DNA from: Chthonomonadales bacterium
GTDB lineage: Bacteria > Armatimonadota > Chthonomonadetes > Chthonomonadales > CAJBBX01
Direction of reading: 5' to 3'
Assembly (NCBI GenBank): GCA_037443035.1
Contig: JBBIPC010000019.1
Location: 1 to 56,825, forward strand
DNA length: 56,825 nucleotides
Every line of letters begins with the position of its first letter. Within the stretch, counting starts at the first letter, position 1. The translations under genes were made by a program, and so were the position numbers. Shown here one piece after another: positions 19,401-28,758 of the stretch. The notes below the pieces were generated by a model that made no database searches, was not told the DNA's origin, and worked only from the letters and a program-made list of their open reading frames with translations.

Positions 19401-21178
19401 GTGATGGACGGCAGGAGTACACACCTGTACCGTTCGTCGGCCACGCGCAGTTGGCCACCTCGCACGCTCCCGTGGAGGAGCGAGGCCTCGTCCAGGATAT
19501 CGTAGTCCACCCCGCGCTTCTCGAGCTCCGCGCAGAGCTGCTTGTAGGCGTCGCGCGCCTGCCGGGCACCTTCATCGTACGCTCCGACGTGGGTCCCACC
19601 TGCGTGGATGGTGCTCGACGGATAGAGGACGGCGATATCACAGACATGACTGCCCTGGCTGAGCACGTAGCTCATACGGGCGACATAATCGGCGAACAAG
19701 GGATAGTGCCGCCAGTACGGTTGGCGGAACGATGTGCACGGCGGCGCCCATTCCCACCAGCCGCCCAGCGTTGTGTAGTACCACGCGTGGGGATTGTACA
19801 GATTGGAGCCCTGACTGTAGAACTCGTGGATGCGTCCGGCAATCTCCTCCAGAGTCTGCCCCCAGCCTGAGTTATAGAACCCCTCCAACCAGATGCGCGG
19901 GCGTCGGTAGAGATGGGCCAATGAGCTATGCGGCCTTGCCAGACCGGTCTGGTCATTGCCAGGAGCCTGGAACCAACGCATGGTCCGCATGTAGTCCACG
20001 TAGTACCGATTGGCCTCGATGGGATCGGCGTCACGCGTCATCTGGTCATAGGAGCAAATCATCTTGTGCCGCTCATGCCATTCGTAGAGAGGTCGAAAGA
20101 ACGCCTCCTCGAGCAATGCCGCCTGGACATCCGCCACGTCGCAGCGAACCTTCACCGTCTTCCCACCGAGGTCGTACCACAGCATGGGCAACCGGGGACG
20201 AAGGTCGTAGCCCTTACGTCTGCGGAACTCGACGAGGAATCCGCGCGTCCACCGGTTCATGGCGGGCAGTTCGTCCTGAAACGTGCCTGGCACCGTCGTG
20301 CCAAGGTGATCACCCAGCTTACGCTCGAACTCTCCATGGACGTAGTTCAGGAGCTTGGCCGCGGCGACGGGGTTCATATAGTCGAAGCCACCGGGTGCCT
20401 CGTAGAACAACATGATGCGCCAACGACCTGCTGGCATCTGCTTGTTGAGATAACCAGCGCTGAGGCTGGACGTCAAGTGTGCGATGGGATCCGTCGGGCG
20501 TCCTCGATCGTCTAAGCGCAGGGCACAGGCTGCCACAGCTTTGCCCGGAGATGCGATGCGCACGACTGTGGGGCCCGCGATGTCACGCTCCAGCACACGT
20601 AGATCCGGGGCACGCCAGGATGGCTCCCGGTCCATGAGCCGGTCCTGAATATGGGCCGTAGAGAAGCCGAGCTGATCATATAGCCAGACGCGCATGCCAC
20701 GCGCCCGCGCACGGTTCAGCACACCTCTGAGAATATCCCACCATTGCCGCGAGAAGAAGGGTGGGCTGTCGGGCTGGGATCCGTAGAGGGGACCTGATGG
20801 AGCCAGGTTCAGAATGACCGTATTGTAGACGTGCCCCTCCAGCATCCGATCCATCTGCCACTCGAGCCGGCGCATGGTTAGTCTCTCCCCGCTCCACCAC
20901 CAGATGGGGACAGGGCTATAGGCCCGTGGAGGTTTGGGGAAACCTCGCAGTAGGTCCGCCAATGCGCCGGAGTACGGCGTTGGCTTGGCAACGGCGCCTG
21001 TACCTAGTCCCGGATTCGCCTGGGTGGATGGCAACGTCTTCGAGGACGGCGAAGGTAATCTGCTCTGCGCTATTGCGGCCACAGTCCAACTGACAAACAG
21101 GACACACAGGCATGCCATTCGAAGGCGTCGCGGTGAAAGCTTCACGTGCAAGACTCCCGGAGATACGGCTTCGTTCAT
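16424..21178 (-). CDS. Large secreted GH106-like (alpha-L-rhamnosidase-like) protein with accessory domains and a C-terminal F5/8-type-C-like module
   Basis: PIWWW, VWLYDQ, TFQDE, RMSYVLSQG..DIAVLYP, ITADNGYEVYLNG, LLDLGRV..V.ING, PDWIEVDL. Confidence 0.8.
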   Translation of the reverse strand: MNEAVSPGVLHVKLSPRRLRMACLCVLFVSWTVAAIAQSRLPSPSSKTLPSTQANPGLGTGAVAKPTPYSGALADLLRGFPKPPRAYSPVPIWWWSGERLTMRRLEWQMDRMLEGHVYNTVILNLAPSGPLYGSQPDSPPFFSRQWWDILRGVLNRARARGMRVWLYDQLGFSTAHIQDRLMDREPSWRAPDLRVLERDIAGPTVVRIASPGKAVAACALRLDDRGRPTDPIAHLTSSLSAGYLNKQMPAGRWRIMLFYEAPGGFDYMNPVAAAKLLNYVHGEFERKLGDHLGTTVPGTFQDELPAMNRWTRGFLVEFRRRKGYDLRPRLPMLWYDLGGKTVKVRCDVADVQAALLEEAFFRPLYEWHERHKMICSYDQMTRDADPIEANRYYVDYMRTMRWFQAPGNDQTGLARPHSSLAHLYRRPRIWLEGFYNSGWGQTLEEIAGRIHEFYSQGSNLYNPHAWYYTTLGGWWEWAPPCTSFRQPYWRHYPLFADYVARMSYVLSQGSHVCDIAVLYPSSTIHAGGTHVGAYDEGARQARDAYKQLCAELEKRGVDYDILDEASLLHGSVRGGQLRVADERYRCVLLPSITTLPRQGVQRLVDLVRTGGMVAAIGRLPSASKEYGANDAVIRAAVRSLFGVIGESAEDTTICRITRTKGTSIAVDGIGRWLDAVIARMPKHADGVDHFLHRRIGETDVYYLISGSSGRQPITLRGRGNAMLLLPWTGRAVPLPTRPAGPSRVGVAVDFSESRAAFVVLGQAIRQRPVSGARTVATSGGGQVSPASPRPSRATRSMPSLPSITLDRDWQSTLVPTMDNRWGDFALPPASGTLPVECRRFAYREEATGEDGMAAGWQSPKTKDDDWRTVTATFGTYWWITKPGMGQGDLKLPGPEDGDWRPDRAIWQPAVFSMKLGIEKDPIYGQWLGPKGRIPDEYLDFGVAAPGTVRFAVTFLHVEKPCDVLIRCGSGDPRVAVNSKWLPAGQPLVAHLLAGYNALTVQLRHPATGHLRTYVHVGPLVDSVEGPDWIWTRARADFSDCFARKVFTLDSVPQRAVLSITADNGYEVYLNGVRLGRDIGVGTEHWSVAERYPVARYLRRGPNVLAIHAMNLGGAAGVAAVLSWTTGTGAGGQWRRVATDSSWRVTGVQPNGPRLGWTLPVYDDSRWETATVVGKYPCEPWGVVAGLRRVEPAILPDSGWLNGEVLPWIPGLILDAKPGIAKPVGWYRFRTPPGTTSMRLSIVGRYRVFIEGRECVPDENNIVEVPLDLQGPSLLAAVRVEQAAGRYEGAAFLAPVRFTVGTGVIQLGNWAKQGLPHYSGGLTYAQTLQLPAAYADAPLLLDLGRVKGTAQVTINGRSAGVRIWRPYRFDVTGLLRPGANCLEVTVYNTLGPYFGAGYPTPYVYSGQEASGMYGPVRLLPGDALPTARVDVTGLVNVALADRGTTVTASSEHASGMYLADSVVAGHTTGERWARGGGWNDGTEGEFPDWIEVDLAEPAIVQAVKILTLEPAERYGIRDFDVFCQRGSEWILCGEVRDNEEASVTVGIPAIRTSRIRVVIHASNDDAYSRIIAVQVFAAERSGQRP

Positions 21179-21281
21179 CTAACTATGATAGTTCCACCAT
21201 GGAACGCGTTCGTCCTGCCCCACTCCATATCCCACGGGAGACTGGTGAACGGTACACTAATCTGCGGAGAGGAGATCCACC

Positions 21282-23066
21282 ATGACGAATCCCATTCTTC
21301 CCCGCTGGGACCTTACTGACTTGTTCCCATCCCTGGACTCTGGGGAGTTTCGGCAAGAGTTCGAATACGTCGTCGCTGACATCGGTGCCTTAGCGGCTCT
21401 CTTCAATCGCCACGACGTTCGGCGGCGCACGAGCCGCACTGTAGGTGTCGGCACCGCGAAGGCGTTCGATGAGGTCACCACGGCGCTCAACGCTCTGCTA
21501 GAGCGACTGAACACCGTTGGTTCGTACATCTACTGCCATGTCTCTACCGACGCCCGGAATGATGCGGCCCAAACTGCGCAGTCCTCATTGATGGCACATA
21601 GCGTTCTCCTGCAGCAACTACGGGTCCGTTACACGGCCTGGGTTGGCAGCATGGACCTCGAGGCGCTCCTACATGCATCGTCTGTCGCCCGTGATCACGA
21701 GTACATGCTACGGCGAGCGCAGATCGAGGCCGCCCATCAGATGTCCGAGGCAGAGGAATCCCTTGCTGCTGAGCTGGCACCTTCCTCCATCATGGGTTGG
21801 TCTCGCCTGCACGGCAACCTGACGTCCCTTCTCACAGCGGAGGTAGAGCTGGAAGGTACGAGGCAGACGCTGCCCATGAGCTCTGTCCGAGCGCTGGCAT
21901 CCCACCCGGACAGGGAGGTTCGTCGGCGCGCCTATGAAGCAGAGCTGGCCGCGTGGGAGAGCATCGCTATACCGATCGCCGCCGCACTGAACGGCATCAA
22001 GGGCTACCAAGGGGTCCTCCGCACCCGTCGGCGGTACAGCGACGATGTGGAACCGACACTCCTGCGGAACGGTATTGATGCCGAGACGCTTGCTGCCATG
22101 CAAGAAGCATGCGTGGAGAGCTTCCCGGACTTCCGGCAGTACATGGCCGCCAAGGCACGCTGTCTGGGCATTACCACGCCTGCTTGGTATGACCTCGGGG
22201 CGCCGCTTGGTACGAAAGCAAGAACCTGGACCTGGACAGAAGCCACGGAGTTCATCGCCTCCAACTTCGGCGCTTACTCCGACCGCCTCCGGAACTTCGC
22301 AGAGAGGGCGTTCGGTCAAGGCTGGGTGGACGCCGAACCACGCGTTGGCAAAGAGGGTGGCGCCTACTGCACATGCGTGCGGCCGGGTGAGTCTCGCGTC
22401 ATGATGAACTTCGACGGCTCGTTCACTAGCGTGTCTACTCTGGCACATGAGCTCGGCCACGCCTACCACAACCTCAACCTTTCCAGTCGCACACCGCTAC
22501 AGCGAACTACTCCCAGCACCATGGCGGAGACCGCTAGCATTTTCTGCGAGACTCTGGCATTCGAGGCCGCTCTGGCCCGAGCAGACCGTGCGGAGCGGCT
22601 TGCCCTGCTCGATACAACCCTTCAGCGCGATCTCCAGGTCGTGGTGGATATCCACAGCCGGTTTCTGTTCGAGAAGGCCGTCTTCCAGAAGCGTGTCGAA
22701 CGGGATCTGACGGTCGCCGAGCTGAAGGAACTCATGCTCGATGCACAGCGCCAGACATATGGAGACGCCGTGGATCCTCTGCATCCTTACATGTGGGTTG
22801 TCAAGGGTCACTACTATGGGCCTACGTTCTACAACTATCCGTACACGTTCGGCCTGTTGTTCGGTATCGGTATCTACTCGGTGTACCGGCGAGACCCGGA
22901 CCGGTTCAAGCAGCGGTACGACGCCCTGCTCTCGTCCACAGGCATGGCTGACGCCGTGACCCTTGCATCCGAGTTCGGGGTGAATGTTCGCGATACGGAG
23001 TTCTGGCGGTCGAGCCTCGATGTCGTCCGGGACCATATCCGCGAGTTCCTGGCATTGACCACGTGA
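21282..23066 (+). CDS. pepF: M3B oligoendopeptidase F
   Basis: GAGGAG RBS; PRWDLTDLF, GKEGGAYC, TLAHELGHAYH, AETASIFCE, FYNYPYTFG. Confidence 0.92.
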   Translation: MTNPILPRWDLTDLFPSLDSGEFRQEFEYVVADIGALAALFNRHDVRRRTSRTVGVGTAKAFDEVTTALNALLERLNTVGSYIYCHVSTDARNDAAQTAQSSLMAHSVLLQQLRVRYTAWVGSMDLEALLHASSVARDHEYMLRRAQIEAAHQMSEAEESLAAELAPSSIMGWSRLHGNLTSLLTAEVELEGTRQTLPMSSVRALASHPDREVRRRAYEAELAAWESIAIPIAAALNGIKGYQGVLRTRRRYSDDVEPTLLRNGIDAETLAAMQEACVESFPDFRQYMAAKARCLGITTPAWYDLGAPLGTKARTWTWTEATEFIASNFGAYSDRLRNFAERAFGQGWVDAEPRVGKEGGAYCTCVRPGESRVMMNFDGSFTSVSTLAHELGHAYHNLNLSSRTPLQRTTPSTMAETASIFCETLAFEAALARADRAERLALLDTTLQRDLQVVVDIHSRFLFEKAVFQKRVERDLTVAELKELMLDAQRQTYGDAVDPLHPYMWVVKGHYYGPTFYNYPYTFGLLFGIGIYSVYRRDPDRFKQRYDALLSSTGMADAVTLASEFGVNVRDTEFWRSSLDVVRDHIREFLALTT

Positions 23067-23070
23067 CACG

Positions 23071-24276
23071 GTGACTGATTCGACGCCTCATCGTTCGGCC
23101 GAGGAGAATGGCACCGGAGTCGCATGGTTTCGCCACCATCTCCTCGATGAACTGATTCCGCGATGGTGGGAGGCGGCACGCACGCCAAACGGGCTGTTTC
23201 GTCCCCATCTGGACCGACAGTGGCGCGTGGTCTCGGATGCGCCAGTCACGCTCGTTTCCCAGACGCGCCTGATCTACAACTTCGCGGCAGCATATCGCCA
23301 CAGCGGGACCACTCGGTACCTCGAAGCCGCTGCCCAGGGCGCCGACGCCTTGCTCGGATTCTTCCGAGCGCCGGTCTCTGGCGGCTGGCGGTGGTCCGTG
23401 TATCTGGACGGCACACCTGCTGATGAGCACCTGAGCCTTTACGGCCACGCCTTCGTGATCTTCGGCCTTTCACACGCTGCCAGCGTTACAGGGGACGATC
23501 GCTACAGGCAAGCTGCGCTAGACACAGCGGGCTACGTGCTGAGAGCGTTCAAGGACGAACATGGCGGTTTCATACCAACGCTGGACGCAAGCGGCAGGGA
23601 TCTCGGTCACACGCGTACACAGAACCCCATCATGCACCTATTCGAGGGTCTCCTGGCACTGGGTTGTCGTCCACAGCAGCAGGCAAGCTACCAAGACGCC
23701 GCCGCCGTCGGCGATTGGGTACTGAACACCCTGTTCCGGTCGGATGGTCTGCTGCCAGAGCTCTATACTCACGACTGGCAGGAACTGCCGGAGGCTGCCG
23801 GAGGGCGTGTGGACATCGGTCACCAGTTCGAGTGGGCCTACCTCCTCTCTCGTGCCGTGGAACTAGGCGTGTGGAGCGGCTCTGCCGCCGATCACGTGCT
23901 CGCGCAAGGCGAGCGTCTCCTGGAAAGCGCTCTCAAGCTTGGTTACGATCGGGCGCAGGGAGGCGTCTGGTCGCCCGCTACCCCCACAGGGCGTGTTCTG
24001 AGCCACACGAAAGGTTGGTGGGAGCAATGCGAGGGCGCCAGGGCGCTTCTCCATTACAGCAGAATCCGCCAGCGATACGATCTCGTTCCGTTGTTCAGAC
24101 AGACCATTCGGCTCTGCCGGCAACGCCTAGTGGATACCGAATACGGGGGCTGGTATTTGCGCGTAGATCCCGAAGGTACCATACCGAACAGCGACAAGGG
24201 GAACGTTTGGAAGGTGGATTACCACGTCGTGGGTCTCTGCGAAGAGGCGCTTCGACTACTCGATGTCCAGAACTAG
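23071..24276 (+). CDS. AGE-family sugar epimerase/isomerase
   Basis: QTRLIY, LYGHAF, QNPIMHLFEG, GHQFEWAYLL, WWEQCE, KVDYH. Confidence 0.88.
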   Translation: MTDSTPHRSAEENGTGVAWFRHHLLDELIPRWWEAARTPNGLFRPHLDRQWRVVSDAPVTLVSQTRLIYNFAAAYRHSGTTRYLEAAAQGADALLGFFRAPVSGGWRWSVYLDGTPADEHLSLYGHAFVIFGLSHAASVTGDDRYRQAALDTAGYVLRAFKDEHGGFIPTLDASGRDLGHTRTQNPIMHLFEGLLALGCRPQQQASYQDAAAVGDWVLNTLFRSDGLLPELYTHDWQELPEAAGGRVDIGHQFEWAYLLSRAVELGVWSGSAADHVLAQGERLLESALKLGYDRAQGGVWSPATPTGRVLSHTKGWWEQCEGARALLHYSRIRQRYDLVPLFRQTIRLCRQRLVDTEYGGWYLRVDPEGTIPNSDKGNVWKVDYHVVGLCEEALRLLDVQN

Positions 24277-24298
24277 CGCCGTGAGTTCCCGGTTCTGG

Positions 24299-24868
24299 CT
24301 ACCAGTCTATCTGCCGCCCGATAATGCTCAGGAACTCCGCGCGCGTGGGCGCGTCATCATGGAAGCTGCCTAGAACAGTGGACGTCTGCATGACGGAGTT
24401 CTGCTTCTCGACACCGCGCATCATCATGCACATGTGGCGGCACTCCATGACGACTCCTACACCTTCGGCCTGAGTAGCGTCCCGTACAGCTCGAGCGATG
24501 TCGTGCGTCAGACGCTCCTGTATCTGCAGGCGCCGCGAGTACACTTCGACGATGCGGGCGAGTTTGCTGACGCCGAGGACCTTACGTCTGGCGATATAGC
24601 CAATATGGCAGCGTCCGAAGAACGGAAGCATGTGGTGCTCGCACAGGCTGTACACCTCGATGTCGCGAGCGATGATCATGTTGTTGGACGTCGCGTCGAA
24701 CAGGGCGTTGTTGATGACTTCGTTCACGTCCATGCTATAGCCGCGACATAGAAACTCGTAGGACTTGGCCACGCGCATGGGCGTCCTTCGCAATCCCTCT
24801 CTGTCGGGATCCTCGCCTATCTCGATAAGGAGTTCGCGCACGAGTGCTGCGACCCGCTCCACGTTCAT
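24299..24868 (-). CDS. folE: GTP cyclohydrolase I
   Basis: [43 protein letters not shown]. Confidence 0.97.
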   Translation of the reverse strand: MNVERVAALVRELLIEIGEDPDREGLRRTPMRVAKSYEFLCRGYSMDVNEVINNALFDATSNNMIIARDIEVYSLCEHHMLPFFGRCHIGYIARRKVLGVSKLARIVEVYSRRLQIQERLTHDIARAVRDATQAEGVGVVMECRHMCMMMRGVEKQNSVMQTSTVLGSFHDDAPTRAEFLSIIGRQIDW

Positions 24869-25422
24869 ATCTCCAACATCCTCCTCAAGTGCTCAGTCAA
24901 CTCGGGTAAGGGTTCCATGTCGTCCCGCATGGACGCCACGGGCAGGTCCGCCAGGCGCGATTCGGTGCCCGGGAGAACAAGGTCGGGCATCAACTCCAGT
25001 AGCGGTACGGCAAGAAACGGTCGGCGCAGGATGTCCGGGTCGGGTAACGTCAACCCAGGTTCCCGCAGGACGACGCTGCCATATACGACCAGGTCCAGGT
25101 CTATCGGGCGGTCGGCATGAGCATCGGCTTCCCTCACCCTACCCAGCCTTGTCTCGATGCCGCGCAGGACATTGTACTTCAGCGTGCTTGGATCCAGTCC
25201 AGTCTCGATGCACCACACGCCGTTCACGAAGGGTGCCTGATGTGGCCGGTCCAGAGCCGGGGTCCGATAGAGAGTGGAAACAGCCGTCACGCGCACGTCC
25301 TGTTGCAGCAGAGCGAGAGCCTGAGGCACGTTACGGTCCGGATGGATGTTGGATCCAACCGCCACTGCTGCGACGACAGCTCTCTCACCGGTCGCAGCTT
25401 TCCATCGTCCCAGGGCAGCCAT
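24865..25422 (-). CDS. folK: 6-hydroxymethyl-7,8-dihydropterin pyrophosphokinase
   Basis: [41 protein letters not shown] overlap with folE. Confidence 0.93.
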   Translation of the reverse strand: MAALGRWKAATGERAVVAAVAVGSNIHPDRNVPQALALLQQDVRVTAVSTLYRTPALDRPHQAPFVNGVWCIETGLDPSTLKYNVLRGIETRLGRVREADAHADRPIDLDLVVYGSVVLREPGLTLPDPDILRRPFLAVPLLELMPDLVLPGTESRLADLPVASMRDDMEPLPELTEHLRRMLEI

Positions 25423-25425
25423 AGC

Positions 25426-26757
25426 TCACCGGGCGGATGCGTGGACGATGAGAACGACGTCCCCCACGTTGCTTCCTGTCGGACCCGTACGCACCAAACC
25501 ATTCACGGCGTCCAGCAACGGATAGCAATCGTTCCTGGCTAACGCATCCTCCACGGATAGGCCAGCCTCTCGCGTCTGGCGAAGCGTATTCCCATCCACG
25601 AGTGCGCCCGCTGCGTCCGTGGGACCGTCCGTTCCATCCGTTCCGGCAGCCAGAAGCGCAACGTCGGGCACGCCTTGTACAATCGTGGCTGCTGCGCACG
25701 CCAGCTCCTGACAGCGTCCCCCACGACCATCGCCGCGGACCGTAACGGTCGTCTCACCCGCGAACACCAGCACGTCGACTCCACTGCTCTCGTAACCCGT
25801 CGGCAGGTCGTGAGCTACGCCCCCCAGCAACCGGCCGATCTCGCGCGCTTCGCCTCGCATGGAGGCCGTAACCACGAACGGCCTATGCCGCGCCTTCACC
25901 GCGGCCCGAGCAGCGGCCTCGGTGGCGGTGTGGATGTCGCCGATGATCTCGTGCTCGACCCGGAGATCGCCGGGCAAGCGGGATGCTCTGGACTCCGTGG
26001 AGACGAGGCAGCGACGTACAGACGAGGGGATGTCGTTTTCCAGACCGTACCGGCGCACAACGGACCATGGATCCAGCACGCCCTCGACGCTTATCCAACA
26101 CGGTCCCGAACCGATGACATGCAGCGGGTTACCCAGCACATCGGACAAGACAAGGCAAACGACCCGCGCGGGAGCTAGCAGGCGCGCCAAGCCACCCGCC
26201 TTGATCCGCGAGATCGCAGCGCGTACCGCATTGAGTTCGTCTATGGTGGCTCCGCAGCGGAGCAGCGCATCGGTGGTCTTCTGGAGGTCGTTCAGCGTTA
26301 CCCCGCCGACGGGCAGCTCCACGAGAGCCGAAGCGCCACCCGACAAGAGCACTAGCGCCAGATCATGCTCGCCCAGTGCCGATGCCGCCTGCGCAATGGC
26401 TTGGCCCGCGGCCAAAGACTGGGCATCCGGAACGGGATGACCGGCCTCCAGCACGCGGATTCGCTCTGTCGGCTCAGCATGTCCGTACTTGGTGACAACC
26501 ACGCCACCAGCGATGCGTGACCCGAGGATGGTCTCGAGGGTCCTCGCCATGGCGGCCGACGCTTTGCCGGCCCCGAACACGTTAACCGAGGCGAACTCCG
26601 ACAGGTCTATCGCGCGATCCCGGATGAAGAGGAAGCGTTCGTCGCAACGGACGGCCTCACGCATAAGGGTTTCCGCGTTGACAGCATGGAGCACGTGCTC
26701 ATAGATGGAAAGCGCGACGCACTTCGCAGGCGTATCTCTAGAACCCTGGGTTCTCAT
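25426..26757 (-). CDS. Glycerate kinase type 2 (MOFRL family)
   Basis: GAGKASAAMA, EAGHPVPD, LSGGASAL, LSDVLG, GETTV, GTDGTDGPTDAAGA, TGPTGSNVGD. Start inferred. Confidence 0.92.
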   Translation of the reverse strand: MRTQGSRDTPAKCVALSIYEHVLHAVNAETLMREAVRCDERFLFIRDRAIDLSEFASVNVFGAGKASAAMARTLETILGSRIAGGVVVTKYGHAEPTERIRVLEAGHPVPDAQSLAAGQAIAQAASALGEHDLALVLLSGGASALVELPVGGVTLNDLQKTTDALLRCGATIDELNAVRAAISRIKAGGLARLLAPARVVCLVLSDVLGNPLHVIGSGPCWISVEGVLDPWSVVRRYGLENDIPSSVRRCLVSTESRASRLPGDLRVEHEIIGDIHTATEAAARAAVKARHRPFVVTASMRGEAREIGRLLGGVAHDLPTGYESSGVDVLVFAGETTVTVRGDGRGGRCQELACAAATIVQGVPDVALLAAGTDGTDGPTDAAGALVDGNTLRQTREAGLSVEDALARNDCYPLLDAVNGLVRTGPTGSNVGDVVLIVHASAR

Positions 26758-26837
26758 CGTCACTGCACCAAGAGTTGTTTCTGCGCGGAACCACTCCGGT
26801 CCTGCTGCGAAACAGGTCACCGGTCCGAGACTCGAAG

Positions 26838-26866
26838 TTGCGGCCTGTAGGTCTATCCGCTATAAT
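26838..26866 (+). promoter_or_regulatory. Sigma70-type promoter
   Basis: TTGCGG-17 bp-TATAAT upstream of the gene at 26935. Confidence 0.65.
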
Positions 26867-26934
26867 CCGGCTGAATGGAAACCAGCGGGCCGGCCCACGC
26901 GTAAGCTCACTGGTTCCATGCAGGGGAGGTACCC

Positions 26935-28707
26935 ATGAAAAGAGCCGCGTTCTGGTGCGTCGCTGCTGTTCTCTTACTCGCCACCAACCTCCGAGCCGAT
27001 CCCTTCCGCGAGGGTCGGGATCTCTACAAAGCGGGCAAGTATCGCGAGTCTGTAGCGAAGCTCGAAGAGGCGACCCGACTCGAGCCAGGCAACGCCAAGG
27101 CCTGGTGGCAGCTCAATTTCGCCTACAACAAGCTGCAGCGTTACGGAGACGCATTGCGTGCGGCTCAACAGGCTGGTCGGATCGACCCGTCCTACAGCTT
27201 CGCATCGTCACCGGCGAAATACCGGGAGACCGTGGACCGTCTCCGCAGCAAAGCCGGACGGCAACCGCGTGGGAGCACCCAGACGTCCTCCTCACAGCTC
27301 GGGCCACTCTCTGGACCAGATGGAACCATGAGCGAGCAGCTCTTGTCCCGCGGAGTGTTTGTGCAGCACGGCGCCACCGTGGACGTGGACCGGCTCGTAA
27401 AGGTCATCCAGGATCTGAAGCCCATCGAGGTCCGGTTCCTTGTCTTCGGCAGCAATGCAGGTTCGTCGGCGCTGTCTCGAGAAGCCGATCGGGTCCGACG
27501 ATACCTTGGTCTGCGGGAGGGCTATGTCATTGCCTGCAGTCGCGCAGGAGTCGCCGCATCTAGTGAGAGGCTGAACACGGCTACCCTGCGAGAACTGACG
27601 CGCCAGGCTGCAGTACAGATGGAAGCAGGAAACTACACCGGCGCCTTGGAGCAGCTCGCGCGCGGTCTTGTGGCAACAAGGGCCCGTCAGGTCGCGACCG
27701 CGCGAGTCACGTGGTCCACCATCCTTGGAACGCTGGCGGGGGTGGCCGTACTATGGATCGTACTTCGCCGCGTTGGACGTGCCAAGGCAATGAAAGCTCG
27801 CCGCAGCGTTCTCGAACAGCGGAAAGCCGAGGTCATAGCTCAGATGAACTACCTCGACGATTCCGCCGGTGCCATCCCTGCAGCCGCCGCCGGCATCGCC
27901 CGGCAGGCACGGCAGGAAGCTGGAGCGAAGCTCGACGAAGCAGCACGTATCATGGTCAAGGCCAGGGATGAGTACGAGCTCTCCCAGGCTCTCGATCTCT
28001 TGGATAGCGCCGCGGCAACGACGCAATACGCACGCTCGGTCGTAGACGCCGCGCTCTCAGGCAAGCCCCTGCCTACACCGCCTGGCCGCGGTTCGATGCC
28101 GCCTGTCTATCCTGAAGCGGTATCATCCGGAGCTCAGACAAACTGGGATGAAGTACCTGAGACTGAGCGCGGCGTGTGTTTCTTCTGCTCGCGTCCGTCG
28201 CTGCTGGGGGAGCTCACGCCTGTGACCATTCAGCTTGACGGACAGGAGCAGAAGGTCCTGGCGTGCCGGCAGGACTATGAGGCGATCCGCGAGGGTAGAC
28301 CTCCGCAGATTCGCGCGTTCCAACGGGAGGGACGGTACGTCCCCTGGTATGCGGATCCTGACTATGATCCCTATCGGGACTATTACCGCCGGGGCTATGA
28401 CAGTGGAGACATGCTCCGGGACCTTGTCATGCTCAATCTCATCGATCGAATGTTCTGGGACTGGCACAGCCCGTCCTGGGGATGGGGTTGGGGCGGCGGC
28501 CATGGCACGAACTGGGATGGGTACACGTTCTGGCCGGACCATCACTACTATCACGATTACCATGCGGAACGCGCCGCAGCAGGAGCCGACTTCAGCGATG
28601 ATCTTGGCAGACACGCAGCGGGGACGGACTTCCTGGACAGTGGCGGCTTTTCCGACGACGACCGATCCGGAGGGGGAACCGATTTCCTCGGCGCAGACCA
28701 ATCCTGA
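26935..28707 (+). CDS. Single-pass membrane protein: signal, TPRs, TM helix, helical region, Cys cluster, low-complexity tail
   Basis: GGAGG RBS; TPRs (LEPGNAKAWWQL); TM TILGTLAGVAVLWIVL followed by RR; CFFC (28177) ..ACRQD. Confidence 0.8.
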   Translation: MKRAAFWCVAAVLLLATNLRADPFREGRDLYKAGKYRESVAKLEEATRLEPGNAKAWWQLNFAYNKLQRYGDALRAAQQAGRIDPSYSFASSPAKYRETVDRLRSKAGRQPRGSTQTSSSQLGPLSGPDGTMSEQLLSRGVFVQHGATVDVDRLVKVIQDLKPIEVRFLVFGSNAGSSALSREADRVRRYLGLREGYVIACSRAGVAASSERLNTATLRELTRQAAVQMEAGNYTGALEQLARGLVATRARQVATARVTWSTILGTLAGVAVLWIVLRRVGRAKAMKARRSVLEQRKAEVIAQMNYLDDSAGAIPAAAAGIARQARQEAGAKLDEAARIMVKARDEYELSQALDLLDSAAATTQYARSVVDAALSGKPLPTPPGRGSMPPVYPEAVSSGAQTNWDEVPETERGVCFFCSRPSLLGELTPVTIQLDGQEQKVLACRQDYEAIREGRPPQIRAFQREGRYVPWYADPDYDPYRDYYRRGYDSGDMLRDLVMLNLIDRMFWDWHSPSWGWGWGGGHGTNWDGYTFWPDHHYYHDYHAERAAAGADFSDDLGRHAAGTDFLDSGGFSDDDRSGGGTDFLGADQS

Positions 28708-28758
28708 CCGCGTCGCCCTTGTACGTGCGCTACCGAGAAGAGGCACGAGGGAGACCCC

